A DNA stretch of 64,000 nucleotides from Verrucomicrobiota bacterium (GTDB lineage Bacteria; Verrucomicrobiota; Verrucomicrobiia; Limisphaerales; AAA164-E04), in the NCBI GenBank assembly GCA_047947115.1, contig CP170459.1:3424001-3488000 (forward strand), in the 5' to 3' direction. Each line of letters begins with the position of its first letter. Position 1 is the first letter of the stretch. A model generated the notes under the pieces. That model ran no database searches and was not told the origin of the DNA. It saw nothing but the letters and a program-made list of their open reading frames with translations. Of this stretch, positions 51,998 to 63,094 are shown one piece after another. A program made the position numbers and the translations under genes.

Positions 51998-52062
51998 GGA
52001 GAGTGGCTTTACATTCAGTATACTGAGAAGAAATTTTAACTATTTAATAAGCACTACGCGAC

Positions 52063-52380
52063 ATGGAGAGTATTAACGAAGCAGATTTTAATGAGAAGGT
52101 ATTGAATGCATCACAACCTGCCCTGGTGGATTTCTGGGCTGAGTGGTGTGGACCATGTAAAATGCTGGCCCCTGTACTGGAGGAGTTATCCAGCGACAAT
52201 CAGGGTAAGATTAACATCTTCAAGGTGAATGTGGACCATAACCAGCAACTGGCTGTTCAGTTCAACATTCGCTCCATCCCAACCCTCTTGTTCTTCAAGG
52301 ATGGTCAGGTTCAAGAACAAGTGGTCGGGCTCAAGAACAAATCGGATTTGCAGGCGAGCATTGATCGCATTGCCGGTTAA
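52063..52380 (+). CDS. trxA: Thioredoxin
   Basis: DFWAEWCGPCK and SIPTL. Confidence 0.97.
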   Translation: MESINEADFNEKVLNASQPALVDFWAEWCGPCKMLAPVLEELSSDNQGKINIFKVNVDHNQQLAVQFNIRSIPTLLFFKDGQVQEQVVGLKNKSDLQASIDRIAG

Positions 52381-52436
52381 AACCTGCCTCGGAACGACCT
52401 GTTGGTTGCCCGTGGTTAATCAGCGCGGAGACAGAT

Positions 52437-53438
52437 ATGGCGTTCCTTTTCAACGCGGGCCCGGCAGCGGTCCAGTCGGAATTTTATCACCAGCTTGGCA
52501 CCATGTGCCAGGCTGGTCTTTCTTTGCCCCAGAGCCTTGAAGCGCTGGATCGATCGCGCGGGTTTCGGGCTTATCAAAGTCGTATCCGGGATTGGCGTCA
52601 GTCCATAGAACGGGGAGAAACGTTCAGTGAGGCAGTGGCCCATTCCAAAGGCAATGTGCCTGAGTTCGATCTGGCATTGTTATATGCCGGCGAAAACTCG
52701 GGACGATTGGACGATTGCTTTCAGTTACTTTCTGAATATTACCGAACACGCGCTGAAAACATTCGGGAAACGAGAGGTCTGCTGGCATATCCCGCCTTGG
52801 TGGTGCACGCTGCGGCGTTCATTATTCCGTTTCCAGCTTTGTTTCAATCCGGTGATTTGGTGGCGTACGCCAAGGCTTCATTGGGTGTCTTATTGCCCAT
52901 TTACATACTGTTGTTTGTGCTGTCCTGGGCATTCAACGGTACCCGCGGAAACACTGTTCGTCGTTTTGTCGAATTGATTGTCTGCATGGTGCCGCTTTTG
53001 GGTGCGGGATTGAAGGCTCTGGCGGTATCCAGATTCAGTCTGGCCCTGGAAGCATTGCTCAATGCCGGAGTGTCCATCACGCAAGCCTGGACCATCGCAT
53101 CTCAGGCAAGTGGTTCACCTTCTCTTGCCTCCTGGGTGAAGTCCTTTCCTGAAGCGATGGATAGAGGGCAAACACCTTCCGAATGGATCGAGCATTGCTC
53201 CTACTTCCCGGAATTGTTCAGAATGTCCTACACCACCGGAGAGGCTTCCGGTCGTCTGGATGAGAACCTGAAACGCCTCAAGCGGATTTATGAAGAGGAA
53301 GGAAACCGCAAAATACGAACGTTTTCTCAATGGCTGCCGAGATTGATTTATTTCGGAATCATGTTCGTTATTGCCCGTTATATCCTTTCGTTCTGGACGG
53401 GATATTATGACAACATTTTTAAATCGACTGAATTCTAA
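52437..53438 (+). CDS. Type II secretion F / PilC family inner-membrane platform protein
   Basis: Two repeats (LGTMCQAGL...AGENSGRLD and LLNAGV...TGEASGRLD), YP motif and transmembrane segments. Confidence 0.85.
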   Translation: MAFLFNAGPAAVQSEFYHQLGTMCQAGLSLPQSLEALDRSRGFRAYQSRIRDWRQSIERGETFSEAVAHSKGNVPEFDLALLYAGENSGRLDDCFQLLSEYYRTRAENIRETRGLLAYPALVVHAAAFIIPFPALFQSGDLVAYAKASLGVLLPIYILLFVLSWAFNGTRGNTVRRFVELIVCMVPLLGAGLKALAVSRFSLALEALLNAGVSITQAWTIASQASGSPSLASWVKSFPEAMDRGQTPSEWIEHCSYFPELFRMSYTTGEASGRLDENLKRLKRIYEEEGNRKIRTFSQWLPRLIYFGIMFVIARYILSFWTGYYDNIFKSTEF

Positions 53439-53461
53439 AAAAGGAATGACTTAAAGGGACT

Positions 53462-54613
53462 ATGTGGACGATTGAGGAAATACAGGGAGACGCATCGCTC
53501 AGGGAAAAAGAGTTTCCGGTCTGCCGCGATCAGATTTTTTTGGGACACGCTGCTGTGTGTCCATTGCCCAGCAGGGTTGCCAATGCAATCCAACATTACG
53601 CAGGTGAATGCCAATACGGTGATCAGGAAGAAGCTGCCATGCGGTTGAATGCTGAAACCAGGGTGCTGGCCGGTAAATTATTGGGTGTTTCATCCAGAGA
53701 AGTCGCTTTGGTCGGTCCAACCAGTCTTGGGCTGAGTTTTGTGGCAACGGGTTTTCCGTGGCGCAAAAATGATCACATACTCGTGTACTTCGATGATTAT
53801 CCATCCAATGTTTATCCCTGGATGGCTCTGGCGGATTGGGGTGTGGAGGTGCGTTTCTTGAATACCACCGCTCCGGGACGTATTCGCCCCATGGATGTGC
53901 TGGGACAGATTGACGAAAGCACGCGCATGGTGGCATTGGCTTCCTGTCATTTTCTCAGCGGATTCCGGATCGAGGTCGATGCCATCGGTAAACTGTTGCG
54001 TGATCGGGGGATTGCTTTTTGTCTGGATGCCATTCAGACCATCGGCGCCTTTCCTACCCCCTTGGATCATGTTGATTTCATGGCTGCGGATGCCCATAAG
54101 TGGATGCTTGGGCCTTGCGCCGCAGGCTTGTTTGTGGTGCGCCAGCACATGCAGGATGTGCTGCGACCAACGACTTTTGGTTGGCACAATGTGGCCTGTC
54201 CGGACTTCGTGGCCGCAGAAGACTTTGAATTTCAAAAAGACGCACGCCGTTATGAAGCGGGAAGCCATAACTCCATGGGCATTGTCGGGCTGCATGCTTC
54301 TTTGAAAATGCTGAATGATCTTGGAGTGGATCAAATCGGAGCCGATTTGCTTGCCAAACGAACATTCCTGTGTGCCGGTCTGGCTGAGAAGGGCTTTCAA
54401 GTACTTCATCCAGATCTGCCCGATGAGAACGCAAGCGGGATTGTGACTTTCCACAAACCAGGTGAGGATATGGCTAAATTGCACCATGACCTGAAGGAGA
54501 AGCGAATTCTGACCTCGCTTCGAGTGGATCGGAAGGGACAAAAGTATATTCGTTTGTCTCCTCACTTTTACAATACATATGGGGAGTTGGAGCAGGTGGT
54601 CGGGGCGGTGTGA
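53462..54613 (+). CDS. Aminotransferase class V PLP-dependent enzyme
   Basis: DAIQTIG, DAHKWMLGP, RYEAGS, IRLSPHFYN. Confidence 0.88.
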   Translation: MWTIEEIQGDASLREKEFPVCRDQIFLGHAAVCPLPSRVANAIQHYAGECQYGDQEEAAMRLNAETRVLAGKLLGVSSREVALVGPTSLGLSFVATGFPWRKNDHILVYFDDYPSNVYPWMALADWGVEVRFLNTTAPGRIRPMDVLGQIDESTRMVALASCHFLSGFRIEVDAIGKLLRDRGIAFCLDAIQTIGAFPTPLDHVDFMAADAHKWMLGPCAAGLFVVRQHMQDVLRPTTFGWHNVACPDFVAAEDFEFQKDARRYEAGSHNSMGIVGLHASLKMLNDLGVDQIGADLLAKRTFLCAGLAEKGFQVLHPDLPDENASGIVTFHKPGEDMAKLHHDLKEKRILTSLRVDRKGQKYIRLSPHFYNTYGELEQVVGAV

Positions 54614-54683
54614 GTCATTGTTTTCGGTCCAGATATGGGGTGTCCTCAATCTGGTGAAATCGACAACCTTTTATGGCGAATGT

Positions 54684-54720
54684 AAACAAAGCTGCCCGGT
54701 TCTTGCGAACCGGGCAGCTT
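54684..54720 (-). terminator. Rho-independent terminator of glnK-amtB, possibly bidirectional
   Basis: Perfect 14-bp stem AAGCTGCCCGGTTC-TTGC-GAACCGGGCAGCTT between convergent genes. On the minus strand the loop is GCAA and the tail TGTTT. Confidence 0.8.
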
Positions 54721-54760
54721 GCTTTCGTTTCTTTATCTAACCAGGAATCAGAAACAAGGA

Positions 54761-56167
54761 TTAATAATCCACCGATGGCTGGAAATTTGGATATCCGGAA
54801 ATTCCGTGTTCTCCCACGTCCAAGCCTTCTTCTTCTTCCTGCTCGGTTACTCGCAACCCAACAACTGCCTTCAAGATGCCGAAGACAATCAGTGAGAAAA
54901 CAAAGGCAAAGGCGGAGATGGCAGCGGTCCCAATCAATTGAGTTACGAAACTACCACCGCCAAAGATGCCGACAGCCAAAGTGCCCCAGACACCGCAAAC
55001 ACCGTGAACCGAAACGGCACCGACCGGATCATCGATTTTGATGCGGTCAAAAAAGATCACAGACAGAACGACGAGCACACCGGCAACCGCCCCTGTGATC
55101 ACAGCAGCCCAGGGGGCGATGACATCCGCTCCGGCGGTGATTCCTACCAGGCCGGCGAGCATGCCGTTCAATGCCATGGAAAGATCAGGTTTTTTGAGCA
55201 CAACCCAGCTGAACAAAGCCGCAGCCAAACCGCCAGCACAACCGGCGAGTGCAGTGGTGACAAAAACCAGCGAGACACCGACCGGATCAGCACTCAATAC
55301 CGAACCTCCGTTAAATCCGAACCATCCAAGAAACAACATGAAGACACCAACGGTTGCGAGGGGCATGCTGTGACCAAGAATGGGTTTGATTTGTCCGTTC
55401 ACATATTTACCACGGCGTGAACCGAGCAGTAACACTGCAGCCAAGGCTGCGAATCCTCCAAAGGCGTGCACCAGGCTGGATCCGGCGAAGTCGGCGAATC
55501 CCATTTCGGACAGCCATCCACCGCCCCACTGCCATGAACCGGTGATGGGATATCCGATGGCCACCAGGATGGTTGCTCCTATCATGAAAGATCCAAGTTT
55601 GATGCGTTCTGCAACGGCTCCGGACACGATGGTGGCAGCGGTTGCTGCGAACATTGCCTGGAAGATGAAATCAGACCAGTAGGTGTAATCTGCGTATTGG
55701 TTCGTCAAGTTGGCCACTGCGTCGGCACCTTCCGCGAATCCATTGGGTATCGGGCTGCCCATGGCAAGGAATCCAGGGATTGTCCAGGCGTCTCCCGGAT
55801 ACATTGAAACGAATCCCCACAAGGCATAGGTCAAGACACCCATGGAAATGATAAACACGTTTTTGAACAGGATGTTGACCGTGTTTTTCTGACGTGTCAG
55901 GCCGCTTTCCAAGGTGGCGAATCCAAGGTGCATGATGAACACCAGAGCTGCCGATATCAGGATCCATAGATTGTCCACCATGAACTTGGGATAGGCGACC
56001 GGCATGGCCTGAAATTCCTCCATGGTGGTGAACGCAGGTGCTTCCTCCTCGGCTTCTGCTGCGACTTCCTCGACGGTGGCGGCGACTTCCTCCGCCGCGA
56101 TCAAATCAAATGATCCCAGGCTGGTCAGGCTGAAGATCAGGGCTAAAAATGTGAAAAGTTTTTTCAT
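54761..56167 (-). CDS. amtB: Ammonium transporter
   Basis: FQAMFAATAATIVSGAVAER, DFAGSSLVH, GWFGFNGGS, DDPVGAVSVHG. Confidence 0.95.
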   Translation of the reverse strand: MKKLFTFLALIFSLTSLGSFDLIAAEEVAATVEEVAAEAEEEAPAFTTMEEFQAMPVAYPKFMVDNLWILISAALVFIMHLGFATLESGLTRQKNTVNILFKNVFIISMGVLTYALWGFVSMYPGDAWTIPGFLAMGSPIPNGFAEGADAVANLTNQYADYTYWSDFIFQAMFAATAATIVSGAVAERIKLGSFMIGATILVAIGYPITGSWQWGGGWLSEMGFADFAGSSLVHAFGGFAALAAVLLLGSRRGKYVNGQIKPILGHSMPLATVGVFMLFLGWFGFNGGSVLSADPVGVSLVFVTTALAGCAGGLAAALFSWVVLKKPDLSMALNGMLAGLVGITAGADVIAPWAAVITGAVAGVLVVLSVIFFDRIKIDDPVGAVSVHGVCGVWGTLAVGIFGGGSFVTQLIGTAAISAFAFVFSLIVFGILKAVVGLRVTEQEEEEGLDVGEHGISGYPNFQPSVDY

Positions 56168-56225
56168 AGATTCTCTGTATTTGTCAGGTTTGCGGTAATT
56201 CGAAAGATGTTAGTTTGTGGTTTGA

Positions 56226-56576
<351 letters not shown>

Positions 56577-56611
56577 TTATAATGAGGTGTCATTTAAGAC
56601 ATCTCCCACTT

Positions 56612-56627
56612 AGCAAAGGGTGTGCCA
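56612..56627 (-). promoter_or_regulatory. Sigma54 (-24/-12) promoter of glnK-amtB
   Basis: Minus strand TGGCAC-ACCCT-TTGCT matches TGGCAC-N5-TTGCW, with an AT-rich tract upstream. Confidence 0.85.
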
Positions 56628-56906
56628 ACGTGTTTTTTTGTGGTGTATGTGTTTTGTAACAAATTGGAAATCAGTGTTTAAAGTGTAAGTGGTTTGTTGG
56701 GTGGCTAGAAAATGTCACTCCTGGGGTGGTTAAAAATCGACAGCCTTTGTTTTTTTATACAGCCATTCAAAGAAATCCGTTAGAGAGGCTTTTTTAAAAG
56801 AACGGTGCATGGTCAGGAGGTAGCGGCCCACGAGTTCATGGTATTGACAACCTTCCTTCTGCCGTAGTTAAGTCTTTTCATACCCCGTTCGGAGTGACCC
56901 GGATTC

Positions 56907-59849
56907 ATGATGAGACATTTGAAGTTCAGCCCCATTACATTTTTACCGATGGTTCGTTGGTTGCAGTTGATGTTTGCCCTGGTTGCAACGGATGTCCTGA
57001 TGGGGGAAGAGGGGCGCGAGTCCGGCGTGGTCAATTCTGTGAAAGTGGAGTTTTTCAAGCATGAATCACCCGGAACGAACACTTGGCCTGAAGAAAAGGT
57101 GTTTGAATTCACAGCCCCTGCGATGGCTTTTGACCGCATTCCTCAGTGCTATAATGCAAACGGCATTCGAGACGATTGGCCAAATCCTTTATGGATCAAG
57201 GCATCCTGCAGGGTCGAAATGCCCGGTGGACGACACCGGTTTTTACTTCGATCACGACGAGCCGCACGTCTATGGGTGGATGGCGCCGTGATTGCTTCCA
57301 ATCCATTTCCGCCCAACATTCGTGATGGTCAGGATCCGGTGGAAAGGCCTTGCCTGGACCTCGGTCCGAATGTCCGGTTTCCCGCTCCAGGTGATCAGGA
57401 ATCGCTCATTGAGTGGGAGATCGAGGCGGGTTTCCATTTGATTCAACTTGAATTCTGTGTGGGCGGTTACGCCGGTAAAGAAAATTTGCGTCCGGAGACG
57501 GGGGAAACTCTGGTTGCGGTAAGTTACGAGGGTGATGCGACATTTTATTTGGTTGGCTCCGGTAATGGCATTGCGCTTACTGACGAGGCATGGCGGCGTT
57601 ATCACGCGCAAAGAAATGCGACTCTAGACCGAATGGATCAGGACAGGCGCCGTCAATTGGCCTCCAGCCATCAACATTATTGGAATAATAGACATGATCA
57701 TGCCCGGGCAGTTTGGGCCAAGATGACGGATCAGCCCGATTTCAACTCCCAAAGTATCGACACTTTGGTTGTCAAAAAAATACAAGAAGCCAATCGCACC
57801 CTGGCCGACGCTGGTCATGCGCCTCTGTTCAGGGACGGAATACAAAATGTTCAAAAGCTTCTATCGGATCGTTGCCTTTCTTGTCATGGTTCCAAAGCAA
57901 AGGGCGGCTTGAAACTGGATACATTGTCGAGTGCCTTGGAAGGTGGCGATTCGGGCAGGCCGGCCTTGAAACCAGGCAGGCCGGATGAAAGCCTGATGCT
58001 GCAATTGATCCAATCCGGCGACCCCGATGAACGGATGCCCCCGAAAGGAAAGGCGTTGAGTGAGCAGGAGGTCGACTTGTTGGAAGATTGGATCAGCAAA
58101 GGAGCCTCATGGTCCCAATCCATCATCAGTGAGCACGTCACTCCCATGCCTTTGACGGATGACTGGGAGTTTTTGCGGCGGGTAAGTCTGGATGTTCTGG
58201 GGATTCCTCCCAGTGAGGAAATGATTCGGCAATTTGAAGAGGACCGGTTGCCGGGCAAGCGATTGAGATGGATCGACCGCATGTTGAGGGACCCTCTCTG
58301 GGCGGATCATTGGGTTGGGTACTGGCAGGATGTGCTTGCCGAGAACCCGACCATTGTCAATCCAACCCTCAACAACACCGGCCCCTTTCGTTGGTGGCTT
58401 TATGAATCTTTTCTCGATAACAAATCCATGGATCGCATGGTGAGTGAATTGGTGATGATGGAAGGTTCCGTTTTTGGTGGTGGCCCGGCTGGGTTTGAAT
58501 TGGCCACACAAAATGATGTTCCCATGGCAGCCAAGGCCAATATTTTGACAACTGCTTTTCTGGGGGTGGATATGAAGTGTTCCCGTTGTCATGATGCGCC
58601 CTTTCATGATCATACCCAGAAGCAATTGTTCGGCATTGCGGGCATGCTGGCAGGGAAACCCATTACTGTCCCTGCCAGCAGCAGTGTTCCATTGGACCAA
58701 CCCCATCAAACCAAACGGAATGCATTGATCCGACTGTCCGTCAAGCCAGGCGATGAGGTGTCTCCGGCTTGGGAGTGGGATCAGTGGACGCCGAAAGAGG
58801 GTGTGGAATCTTGGCTGAACAATCCCAAAGACACCCGCGAACAACTGGCGTTTTTACTGACATCACCTCAGAACACGCGGTTCCCTCGCGTGATCGTGAA
58901 CCGCCTTTGGAAACGTCTGATGGGGAGTGGAATTGTGGAGCCGGTTGACGACTGGGAACATGCGGATCCAACTCACCCCGCATTGCTGGATTATCTGGCA
59001 CATTACTTTGTCCGCAACGATTACGATCTGAAGGCGGTGACCCGCTTGATTCTCAATTCCGACACCTACCAGCGCCGAACATCCCGGGAACAGGATGTGA
59101 TCCGCATGTTCGGTGCTCCAGGGCCCAGGCAAATGACCGCGGAACAAATCGTGGACACCTTGTTTGCCGTTACTGGAAAGCCAATGAATGTGGAACCCTT
59201 GACGGTTGATATAGGAGGAGGGCGATCCTGGGCCAATGCCGTTCACCTTGGCAATCCAAGCCGCGCTTGGATGTTTGGAGGTTTGGCCAACAATCGGGAC
59301 CGCCCCAGCCTGACTTTACCGCGTGTTCAAGCGGTTACTGATGTTCTGTCCGCATTCGGGTGGAGGGCATCCAGGCAGGAGCCTCTCACGGATCGAAAAA
59401 CTCCACTGACTCCCCTGCAACCGGCCATTCTCAACAATGGAACGATGATGACCTGGTTGACAAGATTGTCTGATGATCATCCGTTGACGGAAATTGCGAT
59501 GCAGGTCAAGTCACCCGGCGAATTGGTCGAACGATTATACCAGCGCATTCTGAGCCGTAAGCCGGATTTGATTGAAAAGCGTGAGGGGGTGTCTGCCATT
59601 CAGGAAGGGTTTTACGATCGAATCCTGTCGCGCACCATCTCCAGGACGGCCAGACCATCCAGACCGCCCTTGTATGTAACCTGGGCCAATCATCTTCAAC
59701 CCGAAGCCACGCACATTCAGTTGGAAGCCACACTCAAAGCAAAACAAGGAGATCCTCCCTCGCAACGTCTTGATCCTTCCTGGCGTGAGCGCATGGAGGA
59801 TCTGGTGTGGAGTTTGTTGAATCTGCCTGAAACCATTTATTATCCATGA
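56907..59849 (+). CDS. DUF1549/DUF1553 cytochrome c protein with an N-terminal PA14-like region
   Basis: CLSCH, FLRRVSLDVLG, CSRCHDAP, IVNRLWKRLMG, THPALLDYLA. Confidence 0.85.
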   Translation: MMRHLKFSPITFLPMVRWLQLMFALVATDVLMGEEGRESGVVNSVKVEFFKHESPGTNTWPEEKVFEFTAPAMAFDRIPQCYNANGIRDDWPNPLWIKASCRVEMPGGRHRFLLRSRRAARLWVDGAVIASNPFPPNIRDGQDPVERPCLDLGPNVRFPAPGDQESLIEWEIEAGFHLIQLEFCVGGYAGKENLRPETGETLVAVSYEGDATFYLVGSGNGIALTDEAWRRYHAQRNATLDRMDQDRRRQLASSHQHYWNNRHDHARAVWAKMTDQPDFNSQSIDTLVVKKIQEANRTLADAGHAPLFRDGIQNVQKLLSDRCLSCHGSKAKGGLKLDTLSSALEGGDSGRPALKPGRPDESLMLQLIQSGDPDERMPPKGKALSEQEVDLLEDWISKGASWSQSIISEHVTPMPLTDDWEFLRRVSLDVLGIPPSEEMIRQFEEDRLPGKRLRWIDRMLRDPLWADHWVGYWQDVLAENPTIVNPTLNNTGPFRWWLYESFLDNKSMDRMVSELVMMEGSVFGGGPAGFELATQNDVPMAAKANILTTAFLGVDMKCSRCHDAPFHDHTQKQLFGIAGMLAGKPITVPASSSVPLDQPHQTKRNALIRLSVKPGDEVSPAWEWDQWTPKEGVESWLNNPKDTREQLAFLLTSPQNTRFPRVIVNRLWKRLMGSGIVEPVDDWEHADPTHPALLDYLAHYFVRNDYDLKAVTRLILNSDTYQRRTSREQDVIRMFGAPGPRQMTAEQIVDTLFAVTGKPMNVEPLTVDIGGGRSWANAVHLGNPSRAWMFGGLANNRDRPSLTLPRVQAVTDVLSAFGWRASRQEPLTDRKTPLTPLQPAILNNGTMMTWLTRLSDDHPLTEIAMQVKSPGELVERLYQRILSRKPDLIEKREGVSAIQEGFYDRILSRTISRTARPSRPPLYVTWANHLQPEATHIQLEATLKAKQGDPPSQRLDPSWRERMEDLVWSLLNLPETIYYP

Positions 59850-59850
59850 C

Positions 59851-61149
59851 ATGAAGATACCCCCGCTACCTAAGACTCTGACGCGACGTGCGTTTCTTTC
59901 CACCTTGGGAGCTGCCGGTGCGCATGTCACGATGCGTTCTGAAGTGGTTCCGGCGGGTGTGACCGCCTTTCCAAAGGGCAAGGCCAAAAGCTGCATCATG
60001 ATTTGGTTGGGAGGTGGGATGAGTCAGATTGATACATTCGACCCGAAAGTGGTGGGTGAATGGACAGAGAAACGTCCCGGATCCCAATACCCTTCCATTC
60101 CGACGAGTGTGCCGGGTGTCCGGGTTTGTGAGCATTTATCCGGCTGCGCGGGTTTGATGGATCGCATGACGATTGTCCGCAGCGTGCATCATGAAGTGAT
60201 TGACGAACATGGTGCCGCAGTGATTCGGGTGCACTCGGGGCGTCCCACCAGTGGAACGATTCAATATCCATCCATCGGATCCGTCATTGCGCATGAGCTG
60301 GGAAAAGCATCGGAAGATTTGCCTGCTTACGTGGTGGTTGGTTATCCCAATATCGCACGAGATCCCGGTTTTTTGGGAGCTGAACACGGTTACCTCTATG
60401 TGACCGACACCGCCGCCGGCCCAACCGGCTTGGCAAGGCCTTCGCATGTAAGTGATCAACGCCAGGCAAATCGTTCCGGATTGCTGGAAGGATTACGCAG
60501 AGATCGGGTCAAAGGTTATCCATGGCAGGACTACGACGGCATGGTCACGCGCAGCTTGCGATTGGCGGGTCCCAACTTCATGAACGTTTTTGATCTGGAC
60601 CGTGAATCGGCCGACATGCGCCAACGTTATGGCGGTGAATTCGGTCAACGATGTTTGTTGGCACGACGATTGGTTGAACGCGGCGTTCGTTTCGTTGAAG
60701 TGTCCCACAACCTGAACTTTGTGAATGGAACCGGATGGGACACGCATTTCGAAGGGCAACAACAGCAACACCTGCTGATTCGGGAATTGGATGGCGCGTT
60801 GTCTGCCCTGGTTTCGGATCTTGAGCAAAAAGGGAAGTTGGATGACACACTTGTTGTCATTGGAACAGAATTTGGTCGTCCGGCCCATTTTGATTCCAAG
60901 GGAGGTAGAGGACATCATGGTCGTTGTTTCAGTCTGGTGCTGGCAGGTGGCAGTTTGAAACATCAGGGCGCATATGGTGTGACCGATGAGCTGGGAATGA
61001 AAATTGTCGATTCCCCTGTATCAATCCCCGACTTTCATGCAACCGTTTATGCTGCATTAGGAATCAATCCTGACAAGGCCTTGTATGACGGAGATCGTCC
61101 GGTCCCCATCACCGATGGAGGGATACCCATCGGTGCATTGTTCGCGTAA
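59851..61149 (+). CDS. DUF1501 family protein, Tat-like signal
   Basis: LTRRAFL, AKSCIMIWLGGGMSQIDTFDPK, WDTH, TEFGR, GRGHH. Confidence 0.9.
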   Translation: MKIPPLPKTLTRRAFLSTLGAAGAHVTMRSEVVPAGVTAFPKGKAKSCIMIWLGGGMSQIDTFDPKVVGEWTEKRPGSQYPSIPTSVPGVRVCEHLSGCAGLMDRMTIVRSVHHEVIDEHGAAVIRVHSGRPTSGTIQYPSIGSVIAHELGKASEDLPAYVVVGYPNIARDPGFLGAEHGYLYVTDTAAGPTGLARPSHVSDQRQANRSGLLEGLRRDRVKGYPWQDYDGMVTRSLRLAGPNFMNVFDLDRESADMRQRYGGEFGQRCLLARRLVERGVRFVEVSHNLNFVNGTGWDTHFEGQQQQHLLIRELDGALSALVSDLEQKGKLDDTLVVIGTEFGRPAHFDSKGGRGHHGRCFSLVLAGGSLKHQGAYGVTDELGMKIVDSPVSIPDFHATVYAALGINPDKALYDGDRPVPITDGGIPIGALFA

Positions 61150-61279
61150 GAGCCCAGCTCGACCAAGGCGGCACCTCAGAGCGAGAAGAACGCTTCTCTG
61201 GAGTGCTTTTGGCTCTTGAACCTACCTATCTGAAGGGACTTGTTGATCTTTTGGCGAAATTCGGGTAGTTCATATCTTT

Positions 61280-63085
61280 ATGAATTCCCGACTCAACTTG
61301 GCGGTTATTTGTACATTATTGTCGCGATCCCTGCAACAGTTGGCGCTGCTTTGTTTTTCTCTGTTGATTGCGTGGAGCCCCTTCCTCAGCTCGGCCCAAG
61401 AGCACGTGTTGCATTCCTTCGAATCGATCCGCCTTACGGACACCTATTTTTCGGAAGGAGCCAATGCTGGCGATCTGAATCAGGACGGACATCCTGACGT
61501 GGTGTATGGTCCATATTGGATTGAAGGTCCCGATTTTGAAAAAAAGCATGCCATATACGAAGCGGTTCCCCAACCGATGGAAGCTTATGCGGATCATTTT
61601 TTTGCATGGGTTTATGATTTCAATCGGGATGGGTGGGATGACGTGTTTGTGGTCGGATTTCCGGGCAAGCCAGCCTATGTTTATGAAAATCCAGGCAAAC
61701 TTAAGCAGGATGAATACTGGCCCAAACATGAAGTTTTTGATTCAGTGGGGAATGAATCTCCCCATTTTACTCAAATCGTAGGAGATGAAGTGCCCGAGTT
61801 GATTTGCACTCATCGCGGGATTTTTGGATACGCAACATTTGATTCGAGCAAACCCTTTGAAACATGGACGTTTCATCCCATTTCAGGTCGTATCACTGCC
61901 ATGCAGTTTGGGCACGGTCTGGGGGTGGGGGATGTGAACGGGGATGGTTTGTTGGACGTGATTTACCCGGGTGGCTGGTTTCAGCAACCTTCATCGAATG
62001 ACGGAGAGGGCCTTTGGACCCAACATAAAGCTTCCTTCTCAAACTCATACGGCGGGGCCGAAATGTATGCTTACGATGTCGATGGTGACGGGGACAATGA
62101 CATCATCACCAGTCAGGCGGCTCACGATTTCGGGCTTGCCTGGTATGAGCAGATAAGAGGTCCGGGTGAAGAAGTGATTTTTGAGGAACGATTGATCATG
62201 GGGTATCGCTCGGACCAGAATAAGTACGGGGTGGTGTTCAGCGAGCCGCACTCGGTAAATCTGGTGGATATGGATGGGGACGGTCTCAAGGATATTGTAA
62301 CCGGAAAAACCTATTACTCACATCATGAAAAGAGTCCGCTCTGGGATGCCGGAGCGGTTGCTTATTGGTTTCGTTTGCAGCGTACTCCTGAGGGGGTTGA
62401 TTGGATACCCTACCTTGCAGCGAGCGATACGGGGATAGGAAGGCAGGTGTCGGTGTCGGATGTCAATAAGGATGGATTGCCCGATATCGTTGTGGGAGGT
62501 ATGAAGGGAAGCCATGTTTTGTTACACCGTGTACGGAAGGTGGCTCCCGAAATCTGGCAGAAAGCGCAGCCGGAAGTTTATCAGTCGAAAGGCTACGTGC
62601 CGGCAGGAAGGAAGGAAGTGCCGGTCAATGCCCGGACCGGTTTGGCAGAGCACGCTTTAGAAGCGGAGTCCATTAGGATTGCCGGGCTTACCGCAGGCAA
62701 GGTTGTCATCCAGGATATGTCCAGCTTTCATGCCGACCGATGGAGCGGAGGTAAGCAGCTTTTTTGGTCCGGAGCCGAACCTAGGGCCAGGTTGCATCTG
62801 GAATTTGAGTTGGATAAGGCGGGGAATTACCAAATTGGAGCCAGCTTCACCACGGCGCGTGATTATTGTATCATCAATGTGTTGCTTGATAACAGGGCAT
62901 TGACCGAACCGATTGATCTGTTCGGGTATCCCGATGTGGAAACCACCGGGTTGCTCGAATTCGGTAGGCAGTCTCTGGAGGCCGGCAAACACCGGTTGAC
63001 TTTGGAAACCATCGGCATCAATCCTGCCGCGACCAAATACTACATGGTGGGAATGGATTTTTTAAGTTTGAAGCCAGTGGATTGA
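61280..63085 (+). CDS. FG-GAP/VCBS repeat secreted protein with a C-terminal CBM-like domain
   Basis: Six DxxxDGxxD repeats (DLNQDGHPD, DFNRDGWDD, DVNGDGLLD, DVDGDGDND, DMDGDGLKD, DVNKDGLPD), followed by a LEAE...WSGGKQL domain. Confidence 0.85.
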   Translation: MNSRLNLAVICTLLSRSLQQLALLCFSLLIAWSPFLSSAQEHVLHSFESIRLTDTYFSEGANAGDLNQDGHPDVVYGPYWIEGPDFEKKHAIYEAVPQPMEAYADHFFAWVYDFNRDGWDDVFVVGFPGKPAYVYENPGKLKQDEYWPKHEVFDSVGNESPHFTQIVGDEVPELICTHRGIFGYATFDSSKPFETWTFHPISGRITAMQFGHGLGVGDVNGDGLLDVIYPGGWFQQPSSNDGEGLWTQHKASFSNSYGGAEMYAYDVDGDGDNDIITSQAAHDFGLAWYEQIRGPGEEVIFEERLIMGYRSDQNKYGVVFSEPHSVNLVDMDGDGLKDIVTGKTYYSHHEKSPLWDAGAVAYWFRLQRTPEGVDWIPYLAASDTGIGRQVSVSDVNKDGLPDIVVGGMKGSHVLLHRVRKVAPEIWQKAQPEVYQSKGYVPAGRKEVPVNARTGLAEHALEAESIRIAGLTAGKVVIQDMSSFHADRWSGGKQLFWSGAEPRARLHLEFELDKAGNYQIGASFTTARDYCIINVLLDNRALTEPIDLFGYPDVETTGLLEFGRQSLEAGKHRLTLETIGINPAATKYYMVGMDFLSLKPVD

Positions 63086-63094
63086 AATTTGGTT

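Noticed and set aside
53462..54613. Selenocysteine lyase or cysteine desulfurase linked to the selenoproteins
   Set aside because: The C-terminal catalytic Cys loop (RxGxHC or SSGSAC) is absent; the region reads LRVDRKGQKYIRLS.
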